A DNA stretch of 64,000 bases from the human T2T-CHM13v2.0 reference genome, Homo sapiens, in the NCBI RefSeq assembly GCF_009914755.1, contig NC_060940.1, one strand, 5' to 3'. Below, in pieces: positions 12,740-26,454 of the stretch. The notes below the pieces were generated by a model. It saw nothing but the letters and a program-made list of their open reading frames with translations, made no database searches and had not been told where the DNA came from. Within the stretch, counting starts at the first letter, position 1. Each line of letters starts with the position of its first letter. A program made the position numbers and the translations under genes.

Positions 12740-12815
12740 ATGAGCCAAATAAGCCTCTTTTCCTTATAAATTACCCTGTCTACTCTTTTATAGCAATGCA
12801 AAATGGACTAATAAA
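12740..12815 (+). mobile_element. MST-type MaLR LTR 3' fragment
   Basis: tgagccaaataagcctcttttccttataaattaccc...tttatagcaatgcaaaatggactaata. Confidence 0.75.
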
Positions 12816-12954
12816 CCCTCAGACTTCTCCCAGTACAGTGGAATAGGGGGAGACAATTAAGGTTGAATGTGATGTGTGCTTAATAGGAGTGGAACAGTAG
12901 GAGGAAAACCCAAGACTAGAAACTGTGGTGCCTTCATGATGTCCTGGTTTAGTG

Positions 12955-13150
12955 CAGTAGTGTGTGGACCGAGAGAGACAAAGGTGTGTAGAGTCGCCTG
13001 CTTACCACTCCCTCCCCACCAATTAGTGGGTAGCCAACTTTGGGCCCGTCCTTAAACTTTTTAGCTTCCTCCTCTGTAAAATAAGACACTGATATGTACA
13101 TCTCACAACTGTTGGGAGTATTAAATTAGACAGCAAAGATAAAGAGTCAT
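12955..13150 (+). mobile_element. MIR
   Basis: ctttgggcccgtccttaaacttt...cttcctcctctgtaaaataagac...ctcacaactgttgggagtattaaattaga. Confidence 0.65.
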
Positions 13151-13306
13151 TCTGAAGCTATGTTCGAATGCTTTGACATCAATACATGATTAGGTGAGTG
13201 GAACCCATGTAAATAGTATCTTAAAGTTTCAGACTAAGTCTTTGGCCTCTCTGAAAGCCATTTTAGAGAAAGTCATTGTAGTGTCACCATGAAACCAGTA
13301 TGCTCC

Positions 13307-13417
13307 TAGGGTGACCGACCATTCCAGTCTGCCTGATACTGTCTCAGCTTTAGCACTGGAAATCCCACACCTGGGAACCCCTTCATTCTCAGGAAAACTG
13401 GAAGAGTTAGCCTTTCA
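13307..13417. mobile_element. MER81 (hAT MITE)
   Basis: tagggtgaccgaccattccagtctgcctgatactgtctcagctttagcactggaaatcccacacctgggaacccc matches recalled MER81 consensus. Confidence 0.75.
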
Positions 13418-14246
13418 AATCTCCACTAATGGCTCTGCTGTCGGAGTCTGAAGTACCGGGTATGTATGGTCTCAATGTTAGGTGGACGTTTTATATTTTA
13501 AAAAGTTACATTTGTGGTTGGCATCCCCTGTGTACCAGCTTCATAAACAAAGCAGACTCTGCTCTACACCTTTAAGGAAATAGAATGTATACTGGGTTTG
13601 TTTTTCTCCTTAACTCACAGTTGTGTAATTTTTCTTCTCGTTCTCTGCAAGGGCCCAAGTTTTGGTAAAAAATATACTTTCAGAAATCAATACAAAATTT
13701 GATCCAACCAGGTCAAGCTCCCCAGCTGACCTAATCTTAACACATTGTGAAAAGTATTTCAATTTATTATACTCTTGTAGTTCTAAGGAGAAGCTGAAAA
13801 AATGGTGTTTAGGTATGACAGAAAAGGAGCTTGGAAGGCTAAATTTAGATTACACCTGAGTCACTTTGCTGCTAAGTAGAATTTCATAGAGGTGCATCTT
13901 TGCAATCTTTTTATGTGTTTGGCATGACAATTTATTTTGTTAGTCAGAAATGATACTTAAGAAAAAAGCATTTTTTGCATTGCAACAAGAATTTTATATC
14001 AGTGAGAGCCATTTTGACTTACAGGCTACTGCTACTAATTTTCCTTAGCTAGGGATAATTTATGTCTGTACAAAGCTAGTTACCCTCATGTTGCCTGCAA
14101 GAATTCCTGAGTGCATTTTAGCCTCTTGAACGATGCATTTCCTATTTGTAAGAATACAGAGAGGTGGTTCTTGTACCTCCCAGATGTCCAGTGATGTTCC
14201 CTTTCCTCCTCAGCTCTGAGATACTGCAGTTGGTCTGGTCCCAACA

Positions 14247-14297
14247 TGAACTGGATGGGTGATGGCCTGAACTGGATGGTTGAGGGCCTGAACTGGG
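14247..14297. repeat. 21-bp tandem repeat, about 2.4 copies
   Basis: tgaactggatgggtgatggcc / tgaactggatggttgagggcc / tgaactggg. Confidence 0.9.
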
Positions 14298-14349
14298 TTA
14301 CATTAAAGAGAAATTCATTACCTACCCAGAGTCTCACATGTAAATTAAT

Positions 14350-14830
14350 GAGACATCTTGGGTGACATAATGGCAAAGACTGAATTAAAATAAGCTCAGA
14401 CAAAAAGGAGAATTTATTGGAGAAATGTCAGGGCATTCCAAGTAACTTGAGAAAGTGGAATGGAGCCTCTAGGTCTTTAAGAAAACTAGAACTAGAGACT
14501 CAACGTTTGCCAGGACTCTCTTTTACTGCCTCTCATCTCTGCTTCTCCTGGTATTGAGTTTCAGTCTCTAGATTAACTATGGGGAATGTGGCCACTAACG
14601 CCAGGGGCACAGCCCTCACAGCTCTACCTACCAAATGTGAACCCATCTCTTCTCTTGGTTAAAAAAAGAAACAAAATCAAGGCAGGATTTTATATTGACA
14701 TCTTGTGTCACTTACCTAACTTTGAACCAATAAGCCAAGGTCGGGAGGCTTGGTTATGTAACACAAACATGGCACTTGGAGATTAAACTCTGGATGTCAA
14801 GGTCACGTCCAGAGAACTGGAATTGTGGGG
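14350..14830 (-). mobile_element. Old MLT1 (K/L-like) MaLR LTR
   Basis: aaaaaggagaatttattgg...aggactctc...tctcatctctgcttctc...ttgtgtcacttacctaactttgaaccaata. Confidence 0.6.
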
Positions 14831-14879
14831 AGGGCAGCCACACAGGTGGTGCTCAGTATGGCACTCATTAAGGATTGCT

Positions 14880-15065
14880 TATCAGCTCCATCACTTATGA
14901 TTTTGAGGCTTTGAGCAAATCATTTACAAGTTACCTGCTGGTAATGTGGGTATCATAATGGTTACCTATCAAGGGTTGTTACACAGAGTTAGATAACATA
15001 TATGCAGGGCATAGTACAGTGCCTGGGTTACAGGAAGCAATTGGTAAATGGTAACTATGATTGTG
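14880..15065 (+). mobile_element. MIR
   Basis: ctttgagcaaatcattta...gggttgttacacagag...acagtgcctgggttacaggaagc. Confidence 0.75.
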
Positions 15066-15314
15066 GGAGTTGTAAATTTGGTGATGAGGGTGGGGAAAGC
15101 GGAGGATAGGACTAGTTGCCTGCTCAAATTTCTGTGGAATCCTAAAGAAAGATTGTCTGGTATGTGGGAAATATTACACTGAACTGAATAGGAGGTCTTA
15201 TGTGGCACACCAGGAAAGACTTTTTGGGACCTTAGAATATTTCTCTTTGTCCTCTGCAGAGACTGGAGACCTATCAGGACAAAGCATTTCTTAGGGAATT
15301 TCTGCGTTATGGTC

Positions 15315-15830
15315 ACATTCACTTATTCAGTCATTCGTACATCAGATATATATTTTTGAACTGTATGTCCCAGGAACCTTTTAGGAACAAGGAATACAAT
15401 AGAGAACAACAGGGACAAGATCTTTGGTCTTAGACCAATCATTTTAATAAGAAATACAGACCAAAAAAAAAAAAGAAGGAACACATTTGTAAATAAGTTA
15501 TGTATTATGGTAATCACAAGGAAGGGAATGAACTGTTTGACAGGGGAATGATGGAACAGGATAGTCTAGGAAGGTCTCTCTGAAGTATTGACCTGGAGAC
15601 GTAGAGCATGGCCATGCAGAGAGACAGCAGGGGAGTGCTGCTTGCACATGGAACAGCAATTGCGTAAACTTTGCAGAGGAAAAGACCTGAGTGTGCTGGT
15701 GAAGCTGAAGGAGAGCTGGACAGTGGTCAGGGAGAGAGGAGTACGGCCTGAGAGGCCAGCGAGGTCATCCTGGTTAAGACGCCCCGGTTGGTTTTATTTT
15801 CCCTGAAAAGGAGTCTTGGTTTTCATGTAA
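15315..15830 (-). mobile_element. L2a 3' region
   Basis: cattcacttattcagtcattc...tgtatgtcccagg...ggaaggtctctctgaag...gaacagcaattgcgtaaac. Confidence 0.75.
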
Positions 15831-16484
15831 TGGTATCGCATACTTATCCAATGAAAGGGCATACATTGAAGACAGTCATCCATGAGCTCCACCTGAATGC
15901 ATGTTATTGTCATCACAGTGTCATCAATGCCAACAAAGTGCTTCTGTATGATGGATTGCATCCTCTCCTGAAAGGAATACTCCTCAATGTAGAACTCCCA
16001 AAAGCCAGTGATGACCTTGAGAAGGATTTGGGCCACCGTCTACCCATATCTTGGGGCTCAGTGAATCTGTTTACAGCTCTACAAACAGGATAGCCACTAC
16101 CTTCCCCACCATGTTAGGAGAACTGGACAAAATACTGCCCGTAACGCTCTTGGCATAACGCCTGGCATGATGGAGGCACTCAGTCCATACAACACTCACT
16201 TCTGTTGTGGCCAGTCTGCTTGAAAACAAACAAACAAACCTTTCCCATCAGATTTTGAGGGATTTGAGGGCAAGGACTCGATTTTACTTCCCTCTGAATT
16301 CCAAAATCTTAACGGAAGATTTAGTACATGACTGACATTAAATGAGTAATTTTCAAATGAATGGGTAAAGAAAGGAAACTGACGTTGGGGTGAGGGGCGC
16401 GTATGTCTTTCTCTAAGAAGCTGTGTTCTCCTGAATTGGATTTGAAACCTGACCATGCCTAGGCTGAAGTTTCCTGATGAGTAC

Positions 16485-16911
16485 AGAGTGTACTTCCATT
16501 GTTTTTACATGCCCAGTTTTTATTTCTACTTATGCCAACAAAACCCTGATTTGTTTGGGGGAACTGCTCATTCCCAGTAGGTGACAGTTTCAGAGAGACT
16601 GTAAAGTGGCCCCATATTTCCCAAGAAGGGAGAGCAGGTAATCCAGTGCAGCCCAATAATCCTCTTTACCCCAGAACAAAATTTTGAGTACAGTGACACA
16701 GAGATGGAAATAATATGAGCTTATTCACCCTGACTGTGGCTCTCTGAAGAGGCTGTCCAATAGGTCTAATTATTTGGATGCTTAGAGATAGTTGTTAAGT
16801 TTTCCCTTATGTTTTCTGAGCTCCTCAACATCTTTGTAATAAATTTTCTGTTTTGCATAATTTCCATCATTAGTTTCTGTTGCCTGCAAGCAAAGAACCC
16901 AGAGCAATTCA
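16485..16911 (+). mobile_element. ERVL-type LTR remnant (LTR16/33-like)
   Basis: 3' terminus aataaattttctgttttgc...tttctgttgcctgcaagcaaagaaccc. Confidence 0.5.
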
Positions 16912-17168
16912 GGAGGATTGGGATATTAGTCATGAAGCAGAAACATTGTATGCGGTACATAAGACCCTGGGAAGCTGGTAGTCTCTGCCTGATCTGTGCT
17001 GATGCAAGATGTACTGGAGTGCTGCATAGAGCCATGCAGCTGGTCGACCATTTGTCCACTAGGGCAGTGTGTGCTCTTGGGATGGTACTGCTTGAATCAG
17101 TGGTTGAATATTTGTTAATTCAATGTTCATGGCAACTTTTAAAATATGTATATATTTGTGTGTGTGTA

Positions 17169-17384
17169 CAGGTTGAGTATCCCTTACCCAAAATGCCTAG
17201 GACTAGAAGTTTTCAGATTTTGAATTTTTTCAAATTTTGGAATATTTTGCATTATACTTATCAGTTGAGCGTCTCTAATCCAAAAATCTGAAATGCTCCA
17301 ATGAGAGTCATGTTGGTGCTCAAGGAGTTTCAGATTTTGGGAAATTGTGGATGTCATGTTTTCAGATGAGGGATGCTCAACTTG
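17169..17384. mobile_element. Tigger4a (MER46A) DNA transposon
   Basis: TIRs caggttgagtatccct ... agggatgctcaacttg, flanked by TA. Confidence 0.9.
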
Positions 17385-17389
17385 TATAT

Positions 17390-17580
17390 CTCAAGTAGCC
17401 TGTAATCTTAAATCCTGTAAACATTATCTTTTTTTTTATTTTACAAAAGAGGAAACGAGGTTCAGAAGTGCTTGATTTGTCTGAGACTGTCCCACAAATA
17501 GGTGCCAGAGTTGGGATTCAATCCCCATCCAGTTGGGATTCAAGCCAGAGCTTCTTGTACTCTCCTATACTGCCTTCCTC
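17390..17580 (-). mobile_element. MIR
   Basis: attttacaaaagaggaaacgaggttcagaag...ggtgccagagttgggattcaatccc. Confidence 0.75.
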
Positions 17581-17599
17581 CACTTTGTGGTCATCTTGC

Positions 17600-17822
17600 T
17601 GTGAGACATGTAACACGAAGGCTGAGTGTCACATTCTTCACCTCTGCTAAGAATGTGCACATTTGGTAACTCTTTTTTTATTTTTTTTGCCATTCTGTGT
17701 ACATCCCCAAATGACTGGGAAAGTGTCATGGTTATTGATTTGAAGGTTATGGATAAACTGTAGTAACTTTAATAAACTAGGCAAATTCACAAATACCAAA
17801 CCCATGCATAATAGGGACTGAC
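17600..17822 (-). mobile_element. Tigger-family fragment (MER6-like terminus)
   Basis: tattgatttgaaggtta...taggcaaattcacaaataccaaacccatgcataatagggactgact resembles antisense MER6 5' end. Confidence 0.6.

Positions 17823-17824
<2 letters not shown>

Positions 17825-17863
<39 letters not shown>
17825..17863. repeat. (TG)n microsatellite
   Basis: About 19 uninterrupted TG units. Confidence 0.97.
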
Positions 17864-17866
<3 letters not shown>

Positions 17867-17889
17867 TGTTTCACTGCTAGCAGATGCAC

Positions 17890-18277
17890 AGAAGCTCCAT
17901 TTGTTGGCTTTAAAGAAGCAAGATGCCATGTTGTGAGAAAACACTGTGGAAGAGGCAACAAGCCAAGGAACTGCAGGCAGCCTCTAGGAGATGAGAGTGG
18001 TCTCTGGCCAGTAGCCACCAAGAAAAAGCGGACCTCAGTCACACAGCTGCAAAAAGATGAGTTCTGCTAACCACTGGGGAAGACTTGAAGTGGATCTTTC
18101 CCAACTGAGACTCTATGTATTACAGCTCCAAAGAGCGCCTGAGTTGCATCCTGGTGAAGACCCTGAGTAGAGAAAGTCCATTTCTGCTGTACCCGGTCTC
18201 CTAATGCAGCAAATTAGTGTTGTTTTAAGCTTCTGAGTTTGTGAAGATTTGTTATGCAGCAATAGAAAAGTAATGCA
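17890..18277 (+). mobile_element. MLT1E-like MaLR LTR, 3' half
   Basis: ggctttaaagaagcaagatgccatgttgtgag...caaggaactgcaggcagcctctaggag...tttgttatgcagcaatagaaaagtaatgca. Confidence 0.85.
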
Positions 18278-19379
18278 GGAGGTGAGTACGTACACACTCC
18301 TACGTAGGGACCAGAATCCCTGGCTGGGGAGCTCAGTGCCTTATCTAGTAGTTCTTTGTGTACTTGGTTTGTTGAGAATTCAAGCCAGCAAACCTGCCGG
18401 GATCATCAGGACACAGCCCACCGAACAAGAAAACGCACAGAGTCCAGGCAAGAGGGTTGTGCTCATCTGCAAGCCGAGTAAGAAAGAAGTGAGACCATAC
18501 CTGGAAGGCAGGTTGAACAAAGAGGTATCAAAGGTGAAGACATGGCACATGCAGCTTAGCTGGGAGGACACAGGTAGGTACATTCTGAGACAGAAGCATT
18601 TAGACGGCTTTGCAAACATCTGGACTCACTACACAATTCACTATTTTTCCAGCTTCCCCCCAGCTCTGGATGTCAACTGAAGGTGTTTTAAGTATGGAAG
18701 TTTGTATCTTCCCGAGAAGGCAGTATTCTGGTTGCTATGGAAGAGAGCTGAGTGGACAGACGTGGGTGTGAGCATCCTGGTGTGAACTGTGAAGCACACA
18801 ATCCTTCTGTTGCTTTCCCTTCCATGAGATGATACATCTCTTCTCTCCTGCCCATGGGCCCTTTAACCCTCTCCTGACCTAACTTCATAAGTAGGAGATG
18901 AAAACTGTGGGTAATGAGGCTTGGAAACCATCCAAACTGTAGACCTTTGCATTAAAATAAAATGATTTTTAGTTTACAAATAGTATGACTATTTTAAAAG
19001 CATATATAGGCAGATCAAAAAAAAAAAACAAAAACAAAATATCTGAAACTCTGAATCAAAACACTGCAATGGATACGCCTGAGTAGGGCAAATGAGACCA
19101 ATTTTATTTTATTTTGTTTTGCCTGTTCTTTTTTTTTCTTATACATAATACTTGTGGAACAAAAAAGGTTAAAAAACTCATTATATGTTGGGGGAAGGAG
19201 AAAATTCTTCCCTGCAGGTCAGGCCCTTCTTTCAATCATGCTGCTGTGGAGGGTGGGTGGTGATGGATTTCAGTGTGGGTGTTTGTGAAAGACGCAGCGA
19301 GAATCTTGGTTCCAGAACTTTTGATGCCAGTTAAATTAAATAATCTTAAATGTCACCTACAGTGACTTCCTCTTTCCCA

Positions 19380-19700
19380 TTCTATCCAAGATCAAGCCTG
19401 GCTATGATTCCTTTTGCGTGGAATTCCTTCCTCTCCCTTCTTATAAGTAGGCAACTTCTCACTCCTCAAACTCAGCTCAAGTATTGTCTTTTTGTGACAG
19501 TTTTCCTGATCTAGAGAAGGTTGGGGTTCAGTGAGAGGACTGTCTTCTGGGCTGCCTCATTCCCCCACCTCGTCACAGGTGGCAATGGCCTTGTGTTACC
19601 CATTTTCCCCAGTTAGAGTAGACATCTTGTCTATCTTTTGCTAGCATCTAGCACACAGCTTCGGGGCATCAGAGTAAAGTACAGAGTAAGTGAGATAAAT
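19380..19700 (+). mobile_element. L2 fragment
   Basis: tggaattccttcctctccc...actcagctcaagtattgtc...ctagcatctagcacacag. Confidence 0.55.
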
Positions 19701-20439
19701 TTGAGCTCAGCTCTCATTTTGCCTCAGAGTTGAAAAGAAAGCCCAGCTGTGCTTGGCTCAGAAGTAACCCTAATAGGATGGGAATGAACACTGTGCTAAA
19801 CCAAAATGTGTGGCCGGGGATTTTGCATTCTGCATTTTTCACAGCCTAACTGGGGTATGTGTGCAAGCCTGAGGGGTTTACCAGCCTGATTTACCAGCCT
19901 CAATTTCCAAGACTGTGATCCTTCATCTTGACACACTGCTAAAGTCATTTAATTATCACTGTTTTACCTTGTCATTATAGAGCTACTGTGATCCATTATT
20001 GAGGATTTTCAGGTTTTCTGCCTTCCGTCTACTTAGTGGGGCAGCAGTTGAGATTTCCTGAGTGATTTCGGTTCTGTAACTTCGTGAACACAACTTCTGA
20101 ATGATACCCACTTGGTCTATGAAATCGGTAGGCATTTCTGGGGTGATTTGGAGGACCAGCTGGTCTTCAGTTTTACCAAGAGCTTAATGGTACCCAGCAC
20201 TGCCTTGCTGTACTCTAGCTTTTCCTGTTCCACACTCTAAGATCACCACTGTGCTAGGGTTTGGGTTATGTCTGCCTGATGCAGTCCTTCCTGAGGGCTT
20301 TGCTCAGTCAATTGTTTCAAATGATACCTCTTAGGGAGACTGGCCCTGACTCCTGATTTAAAGTAGACCACTCACAGCCCCCAACCCCACTATCATCACA
20401 CCATTCTGCTCTTCTGCTTGATTTTCCTTTTTTGGGGAG

Positions 20440-20685
20440 TTGGGTTTGTTTTTGTTTTGCTTGTGCAATTGGAGCGATGGGGAGATGGTAGAAGAGAACA
20501 GATTTTGGAGAGACAATGAAAGCAGGAATTCTGCTTTGAACAGTTTAGATATAAGATGTCTGTTAAGTAGTGTTTAGTTAGTAATGGTTGTGGAATTTAG
20601 AAAGGAGGTTGGATTAAAGGTGAGGGTCTGGAAGCTACAGAATATGGATGACATTTAAAACCATGCGACTTGAGATTACCAAGAC
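20440..20685 (-). mobile_element. L2 fragment
   Basis: ggaattctgctttgaacag...ggaatttagaaaggaggttgg...atttaaaaccatgcgacttgagattaccaag. Confidence 0.7.
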
Positions 20686-22470
20686 ACTGACAGTAATATA
20701 TGTTTTTATTGATAAATTGGGAAATACAACAGTGTGTAAATGTCACCTGTAGTCCTACAACCTTGACATAAATTAGGGTGAGATATTTAGTGTATTTCCT
20801 TTCAGTTTTTTCACTAAGCATTTCAATTTTTATTTCACTTTGTTTTTAATTTTTTACTCTAATATTGAAATTTTCAAACATTCAAAAGTGGAGTGGATAA
20901 TTTAAGAAGTCCCTGGGTACTCATCATCCAACTCAATAATCATTACATTTCTATATATCAGGGCAAATATTTTATAAGGAAAAGTTTTCTATGAAAGAGC
21001 CACAGCAATAAGAGCAAGCAGGATGGTAAATCGCTTAGAAATCACTGAGAATCTCTAAAAAACCACTCTTTTGTAGGTCCTAATTAAATAATGAAGCTAG
21101 GCAATCAGGATCCATAGCTATGAAAACCACTAGGTGAAAGGTGGATGGGGAATTTGATGATAGATGGATGGGATGATGCCAGTCAAAATAATTGGTCAAT
21201 CTTAGCATTGCTAAAACTTGGAAAATCAGATGTTATGCACCTCCTTATGTGATGCAATCATCGGTAATAACAAGTACCACCACGACGTGGTGTGGCTGAA
21301 AAGAAAAGAAATTGCACCTTTGCACCCTTTGACCTATGCTTGGAATTAGGATGACTAAATCTAAGGATCTAGTGGACAGCACAGGACTTAATACTTGTAA
21401 TACTTAATAGTTTTGTATACTGAACATTTAGATGCTCTTCTAAAGGAAAGGAGGTAACTATAGAATGTAATAGATATGTTAATTTGCTCACAGGTACTAA
21501 TCATTCACTATGCATATATATGTGGATCAGAACATCATGTTGTACCTCTTAAATATATGTAATAAAAAATCGATAAGAGAAGAATTTGCCCCTAAATCCA
21601 ATCAACCTTCTAGATTTAATTACAGTTATAGGGAATATGAGGATTAGAGGAAAATGTCAAACACGGTTTTAGATTTGAATACAAATAGCTAAATCCAGAA
21701 AGTGGGAAATTCTGGTAGAAAATTACAGAGAAGAATATAGTGAACCTCCTGTAGTCACCTTTTAGCATTATTATGTTTTAATATTATTTTATATTTGCTT
21801 CAGAATTTGTAAATATTTTAAAATCCATGAAAGAGCTGATGCCTCTGGGTACCTTCTCCCATTTTCATTGTCTTCCTTAGCTGCCAGAACTATTATTCCC
21901 ATAGGTATTTTCTAAATATTTATGAATCCATAGGCAAAACAAGGTATCTCATGCATCTGGGTTTTCACATGTAATGCCAGTTTATTCATTTTAACTTCTG
22001 TATAATATCTCCCTGTATGATTACAGCAGAATTTGTTAACCATTTTCCTACTGGTGGACATTCAGGTTATTTACATATTTTTACTTATTCAAGGCTGTAA
22101 GAAATAATTGTGAACTTGCTTCCTTGTGCTTTGACTAAATATGTAGGAATAAAATTATGTGATCCAAGGCTATGTGCGTTTTCAAATTTACCGCATGTTT
22201 CTAAAACCATCTCCAGAATGCACTGAAGTCTTTACTATGCATAGTCCTTTGCACCTCTATGTGAATTTAAAGATCAGTGTATTAAAATTTGATGAAAATA
22301 ATTATTATAATTTTGATATGAATTGCATGGAATTCAAATACTTGAGGAGAGTTTACATTCTTATGATATTACCTTCCCATCTATGAATACAGTATGTCTT
22401 ACCATTTTTGAAGACTTTCTTCATGTCTGTCTATAATCTGCATCTTTATATATTTGATTTATATATTTAA

Positions 22471-22707
<237 letters not shown>

Positions 22708-23146
22708 TAGATAAGTTAGAATTTTGTACTATGTGAAGGGGTAGTTTTTTCTCATATAATTTTGGATTGTTTATTTCTGGATATAATATTAATTTTTGCA
22801 TGTTGATTATTATCCAGCAATCTTGCTAAACTCTAATAATCCTAATACTTTGGTTGTAGATCTTCTTAGATGTTCTATTAATGGTGTTCACGTCATTTGT
22901 CAAGACTGTTTTGGCTCTCTCTTTCCAACCTAAATAAATAAAGCATATACATCTCTATATAGGAAAAGTATATAATTTATAGATACATAAAACTCATATA
23001 ATATGAATAATATGTAGCATATATGCTATCTATAATACATAGTGTTATATATAATAATATATGTTTATATATTATGTAGATGCCATATTTATTGCCTATT
23101 GCACGAGCTAGAGGACCAAGAGAACAATGATGAATAAAGGTAGTAG

Positions 23147-23456
<310 letters not shown>

Positions 23457-24621
23457 TGACATTAGTGGGAGTCCATCTATAGTTTCAACTTTAAGCATGA
23501 TCTTTGCAATAGTCTTTGGTAGATAACCATAATAGGTTAAGAAAGTTCCCTACTGTACCAAGTTTGCTAAAGGCTTTTATAATGAGTAGGTATTAAGTTT
23601 TATGAAATGCCTGGTCTTCATAAATTGTTGTTATATGCTCTCCCCCTTAATCTTTTGATGTGGTGAATTACCTTAATAGGAGTTCTGGTTTTGAATCGTT
23701 ATTGGATTTTTGGACTAAACATTATTTTATCATGATGTATTATTATTTTTAGACTCTGATGAATCCCATTGGAAACTGCTTTATTTGAGATTTTTACATC
23801 TGTGTTGATAAGTGAGAATGGTTTATAATTTTCTCTTCTTACACTGTTCTTGTTTGATTTTGTTACTAAGGTAATACTACCCCCAGTGAGTCATGACTTT
23901 CTTTTTATATTCACTGAAAAAAATTATATAAGGTAGAAAGTTATCTTTTCCTTGAAAATTTGGTAAAATTTACCTGTAATTTTTTGCTTTTGGGGTGTGT
24001 ATATTAGATAGACAAGGCAACTTTGATCATTACTTCTATTTTATGGTTATTGGCTTATTGTAGTTTCCTTACTTTTTCTTGAGTCCATTTTGGTAATTTA
24101 AGTTTTCCTAGAAAACTGTACATGTAATATACTAGTTTTTGTTTTTTGTACAGAGCTGCTTTATAGTTTATTTTTTGATTGTAAAAATATATCTAAACAA
24201 AAATACTGTATGACCCAGCACTTCCACTCCTGAGTATACATCCAAAAGATTTAAAAACAGGTGTTCAAACAAAAACTTACAGATGAATGTCTGTAGCAAT
24301 ACTGTTCACCAGGGCCAAAAGTTGGAAGCAACCCAAATGTCTATTAACTGATTAATGAATAATCAAAACATGGTATGTCCATACAACATAAAGTCATTTG
24401 TTTATGAAAAGGAATGAGGTACTGAAACAGGCTACACCATGAATGAACCTTGAATACTTTGTTTTTAAAATTTTGTTTATTAAAGATTTTGTTATAGCTA
24501 CATCAGCTTTATTTTGTGTAGCATCTGTATTGCAATGTCTTTGTTTTCCTATTTCTTTCTTTCCCATCCATCTGTGTAGCTTGGTTTTAGATATCTCTCT
24601 TATAAACAGCACCTGGTTGGA

Positions 24622-24881
24622 TTTTTTTTTTTTTTTTTTTGAGACAGAGTCTTGCTCTGTTGCCCGGGCTGGAATGCGATGGCATGATCTCGGCTCACTG
24701 CAACCTCCATCTCATGGATTCAAGTGATTCTCATGCCTCAGCCTCCCGAGCAGCTGGGTCTATAGGTGCATGCCACCACACCCAGCTAATTTTTGTATTT
24801 TTAGTAGAGATGAGGTTTCACCATATTGGCCAGGCTGGTCTTGAATTCCTGACCTCGTGATACATCTGCCTTGGCCTCCCT
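24622..24881 (-). mobile_element. AluS (Sg-like), 5'-truncated
   Basis: polyT plus dimer; ctgacctcgtgat 2-bp-deletion diagnostic. Confidence 0.92.
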
Positions 24882-25103
24882 AAGGGATCTCGGTTTTCTA
24901 TGCAGTTATATCACCTCAGTCTTTTAAAAAGTAAATTGAAGTATTTACATATATTGTGATATGGGTATATTTAGATTTTTAAACTATATTTTCCCTTAAT
25001 TTTCCTTTTTTTTTTTTCTCCTTCTCTTGGGTCAATAAAGTTTAGTTTATTTCTTCTATGTTCTACACTGGTTTAGAGACAGTAGATTGTTCTATTTTTA
25101 GTG

Positions 25104-25411
25104 CAGTGGTTCTTAACTGAAGGCAATTTTGCCCCCAAGAGGATGTTTTAGATAGAGAGTTTTGTACCATATGACTATTGCACTAATTGCCAAATGTCTG
25201 CCTGGGGGCAAAATTGCCTCCAGTTAAGAGACATTTTTGGTTGTCAGCTCTGGGTAGACATTTTTGGTTGTCAGCTCTGGGGTGGGGTGTGCTACTGGCA
25301 TCTAGAGGATAGAATCCAACTATATTGCATCCTACAATGCACAGGACAGCTCTTCACTGTACAAAATTATCCTGCCCAAAATACCAACAATGCCAAGGTT
25401 GAGAAATCCTT
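25104..25411 (+). mobile_element. MER20 (hAT-Charlie), internally rearranged
   Basis: cagtggttcttaac...gctactggcatctag...catcctacaatgcacaggacagc...gccaaggttgagaaatcct. Confidence 0.92.
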
Positions 25412-25467
25412 CATGATAAGATGGCATGGATTTTAGCAGACATTATCTTTGTGTTCTGGTTTTATTA

Positions 25468-25764
25468 TTTATTTATTTATTTTTAAGACGGAGTCTCGCT
25501 CTGTCGCCCAGGCTGGAGTGCAGTGGTGCGATCTCGGCTCACTGCAAGTTCTGCCTCCCGGGTTCACGCCATTCTCCTGCTCAGCCTCCTGAGTAGCTGG
25601 GACTACAGGCGCCCGCCACCACGCCCGGCTAATTTTTTGTATTTTTAGTAGAGACGGGGTTTTACCGTGTTAGCCAGGATGGTTTCGATCTCCTGACCTC
25701 ATGATCTGCCCGCCTTGGCCTCCCAAAGTGCTGGGATTACAGGCGTGAGCCACCATGCCTGGCC
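25468..25764 (-). mobile_element. AluY, low divergence
   Basis: Many CpGs intact, Y diagnostics; 17-bp TSD gtgttctggttttatta at 25451-25467 and 25766-25782. Confidence 0.97.
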
Positions 25765-25929
25765 AGTGTTCTGGTTTTATTAACTGAAATTTTAGTTTAA
25801 TATTTTTTGAAATAGTTATTTGAAGTCAGCATTTAAAAAGAATGCAAACTATTTGATCAGTTTTTGTGCTGAATTTATTATATGCCTCAGTATTCATTAT
25901 CTTTATTCAAAAGCCCACTTTGACAGTTT

Positions 25930-26420
25930 TTTTTTTGGCAAGGGTTAGTGGGTGGTAATGTGTCCTGGTCTTTCTATATCTAAAAATATCTTTGTATTGC
26001 CTTCTCTCTGGAATCATAGCAGGTGGATCTAAAATATTAGATTCATAGTTGTTTCTCCTGTTATTCTATTGGCTCACGTTCCTCATGAAAGCATTTCATG
26101 AAGTCTACGTGTCTTTCTTTATAGGCAATAATATTTTCTTCTATGTCAGCTTTTAAGATCTTTACAATTCTTTTGGTTATGCAGTTTCACTGTGGTGTAT
26201 CTAGGTAGACATTTCATTGATCCTGGTTGGAACTCGCAGAGAAACAATGTGTTTTCAACTCTGGAAAATTCTCCATAATGATGTCTTCAATTTCTTCAGT
26301 TCTGTTATTGTTTTTGCCCGCTTCTGAGACTCCAATTAGATGCATGTTGGAGCTTCTCAATCCTTCTGGTTTATTACTTACCCTTCTTTTATTTTTGCCC
26401 TTCTTTAGTGCACTGTGGAT
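25930..26420 (-). pseudogene. Decayed L1/HAL1 ORF1p remnant
   Basis: ORF 26214-26531 contains RSSNMHLIGVSEA...EEIEDIIMENFPEL, resembling L1 ORF1p R.NLRLIGVPE...II.ENFP.L; reading frame broken. Confidence 0.75.
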
Positions 26421-26454
26421 GAATTCTTCAGTTATCCTTCCTATGATCTCAATT

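Noticed and set aside
16809-17291. 160-aa ORF with hydrophobic, signal-like N-terminus
   Set aside because: It runs across an LTR end, an L2 tail and Tigger4a, so it is a chance read-through of repeats.
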